53,318 bases of DNA from assembly GCF_006345805.1 (NCBI RefSeq), contig NW_021835367.1:1-53318 (forward strand), in the 5' to 3' direction. The DNA is from Octopus sinensis. Its lineage: Eukaryota. The notes under the pieces are model-generated. The model ran no database searches and was not told the DNA's origin. It saw only the letters and a list, made by a program, of their open reading frames with translations. The translations under genes and the position numbers were made by a program. Of this stretch, positions 50,930-53,318 are shown piece after piece (positions within the stretch are counted from its first letter, which is position 1; every line of letters begins with the position of its first letter).

Positions 50930-52180
50930 GTGCAATCACGCGCGCACACACATATATCTCGATCTCTCTGACACTCGTCTATTCGCCCTCTCTAACATCA
51001 CTTGCCATCGTTACCTTTCTCTTTCTCTCTCTCTGTTTCCCCATATCTCTTACCTCCCCTCATCGTAACTCACATTCTCTCTCTCTCTCTCTCTCTTTAC
51101 CAGCCTCCCGTCTACCCCCCTCTCTTTCACTTTCTTCTCCCGCTCCCAGTTAATTGTTTTAGCAGAAGATATGGTGTATAATTATACAAAGAAAATTATT
51201 GTTTCTTGTAAAAGAAAAAAATACGAAGGAGAAAGAAGAGGAAGAAGAAAATGAAGAAGGAAAAGAATAAGAAGAAAAACTACAACAGCAACAACAACAG
51301 CAGCAGCAGCAATATGACGACAAAAAAAGAAAAAAATTAAAGGAGACGTTTCCCTCCATCCACCCACCCACCCACCGCCTCTACCAACTCCAAGAATAAA
51401 ATGAAGGAGAAAAGACACCCCCCTCTCTCTCTTCATCTCTCTCAGTCATCGCACCCCCCACCCCCCGATAAAATGGAAGAAGAAACCCAAAAAACGAAGG
51501 CAAGAAAGGGAAAGAAAGAAAGAAAGAAAGAAAGGAGCAATCCAAGACATTTCTTTTTGGCAATTTGAGTGGTGGTGGTAGTGGTGGTGTAGCCATGGTG
51601 TGTGGTGGTAGTGGTGATGGTGGTGGTGGTGGTGGTGGTGGTGGTGGTGGTGGTGTAGTGGTGGTGGTGAGGGTGGCGGCGGCGAGAACGGCGGCGGGGG
51701 ACGCGCTGGCAGCAAGTGACATCCATGTCAGAGTAATAATAAATAGACGATGGTTAAATGTGTCTGAAATGGAGAGGAATCCGGATGAATGTAGAACGTT
51801 GGCTTGTTGGCTGGCTGGCTGGCTGGATGGTTGGGTAGTTTGGTTATTGTGTTGGTGGATCACTTTACTATCCGAAAACATCGGCATACGATCATACCCC
51901 CCCACACACAATACATAAACATATATACACACATACGTAAACGTATGTGCATATATATACACAAATATATACAAGCATGCAAATATACGCATACATATGC
52001 ATAGATATATATTTATATACGCGCAGGAGTGGCTGTGTGATACGTAGGTTGCTTACCAACCACATGGTTCCGGCTTCAGTCCCACTGCGTGGCACCTTGG
52101 GCAAGTGTCTTCTACTATAGCCTCGGGCCAACCAAAGCCTTCTGAGTAGATTTGGTAGACGGAAACTGAAAGAAGCCCGT

Positions 52181-52218
<38 letters not shown>

Positions 52219-53058
52219 CAAAATAATCTGTTGTAATACTTACAACATTTAATAAAATGATGTAGTGCGAAACAATTGTACCAAATTACCGGAGTCATTC
52301 TTGTTGCTTATTTTGATTATAATCACCCCACAAATTTTTATGGATAACACCATACAAAATTCTGGTGCATCTAAATTAAGTACCATATTCATTCGAATCT
52401 AAATTTTTGCTGAACTTATATATATATATATGTTTGTGTGTCTGTGTTTGTCTCCCCAACATCGCTTGACAGCTGATGCTGGTGTGTTTACGTCCCCGTC
52501 AGCTAGCGGTTCGGCAAGAGATACTGATAGAATAAGTACTAGGCTTACAAAGAATAAGTCGTGGGGTCGATTTGCTCGACTGAAGGCGGTGCTCCAGCAT
52601 GGCCGCAGTCAAATGACTGAAACAAATAAAAGAATAAAAGAATATGTATAAACGCACACATATTTATATATTATACAAACACATGCATATGTATACATAA
52701 ACACACACGCACACACACATATGAGAGGTTGTGGTATCCAATATATATATATATATACCCACATACACACACATATATATATAACACAAACACACGCACA
52801 CATATTATGGAGTTGTATATTATTGGTTATGGCATATAACTGATTAGGTTGTTACCATGGGTTTTGTCCTTGGTAATGTTGACAACTCTTTTCAAACATG
52901 CTAGCCGGAAACGCATGGTCTCTTTTATACTAGGGGTAAATATAATCTTGATTCATTCGGTGCGAAAAGTTATAACAGTTTACGGAGAAAGCGAAGAGTA
53001 CCGTCCCACAGTACGATGTCAGTTGTGGTCGAATAGAGTTACTAGTGCGAGTGTATAT

Positions 53059-53318
53059 ATTTTTGTTCTCTAGTCTGAGAAAGGGAACGACCACGTTGCT
53101 ACAACAAATTTCTTTTCGTGGGCGCAGCAAAGAAATATTTCGCTTTTTGTGTTCAGGAAGGTGCCTGGATTGGGTGAATTGTGAATTGTTTGGAGCGATT
53201 CTCATCCCGGCGAAGCAAAGCTTGCAACGTCCACTTCCATTTAAATATGGTCCAATCTATTCCAGCAGTTTCCAATTTATTCTTTTACGGTGTTACTTCT
53301 TCTCTAAATCGCCATATA
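53059..53318 (-). pseudogene. C-terminal end of a second Penelope-like GIY-YIG domain, continuing beyond the window
   Basis: IWR...INWKLLE*IGPYLNGSGRCKLC, then after a frameshift FLNTKSEIFLCCAHEKKF. Confidence 0.75.

Noticed and set aside
1508-51992. Dozens of ORFs rich in YI, CV, HT, LSIY, poly-S/L/E/H/P
   Set aside because: They are translations of simple repeats with no domain signal
52835-52930. CTGATTA...GAAACGCATGGTC near the second Penelope-like remnant
   Set aside because: G8 is missing, stems I and II are out of register, and it is on the strand opposite the ORF

Overview
Eukaryotic, AT-rich, repeat-dominated DNA with no prokaryotic features and no intact long ORF. The SINE repertoire and microsatellite load suggest an octopus-like cephalopod (inference from remembered repeat families, no search run). 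Most ORF-track entries are translations of microsatellites. Supported content: four tRNA-derived SINE families in many copies; a full-length but frameshifted mariner plus a sister fragment; a decayed L1/Tx1-type LINE; three remnants of restriction-like-endonuclease (R4/Dong-like) retrotransposons in (ATT)n tracts; two Penelope-like GIY-YIG remnants; a non-autonomous Helitron; several MITE/foldback elements; and a few weak minus-strand exon candidates. The main discovery is hammerhead-ribozyme (HHR) bearing repeats. A 352-bp tandem repeat at 18216-18754 carries an apparently intact type I hammerhead (18535-18604) and has the architecture of a non-LTR retrozyme. Four further variant or decayed HHR motifs (27196-27344, 29485-29521, 36309-36359, 37101-37150) sit in unrelated sequence contexts, one downstream of a Penelope-like endonuclease remnant. 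All structures were read by eye; none was folded computationally or tested.
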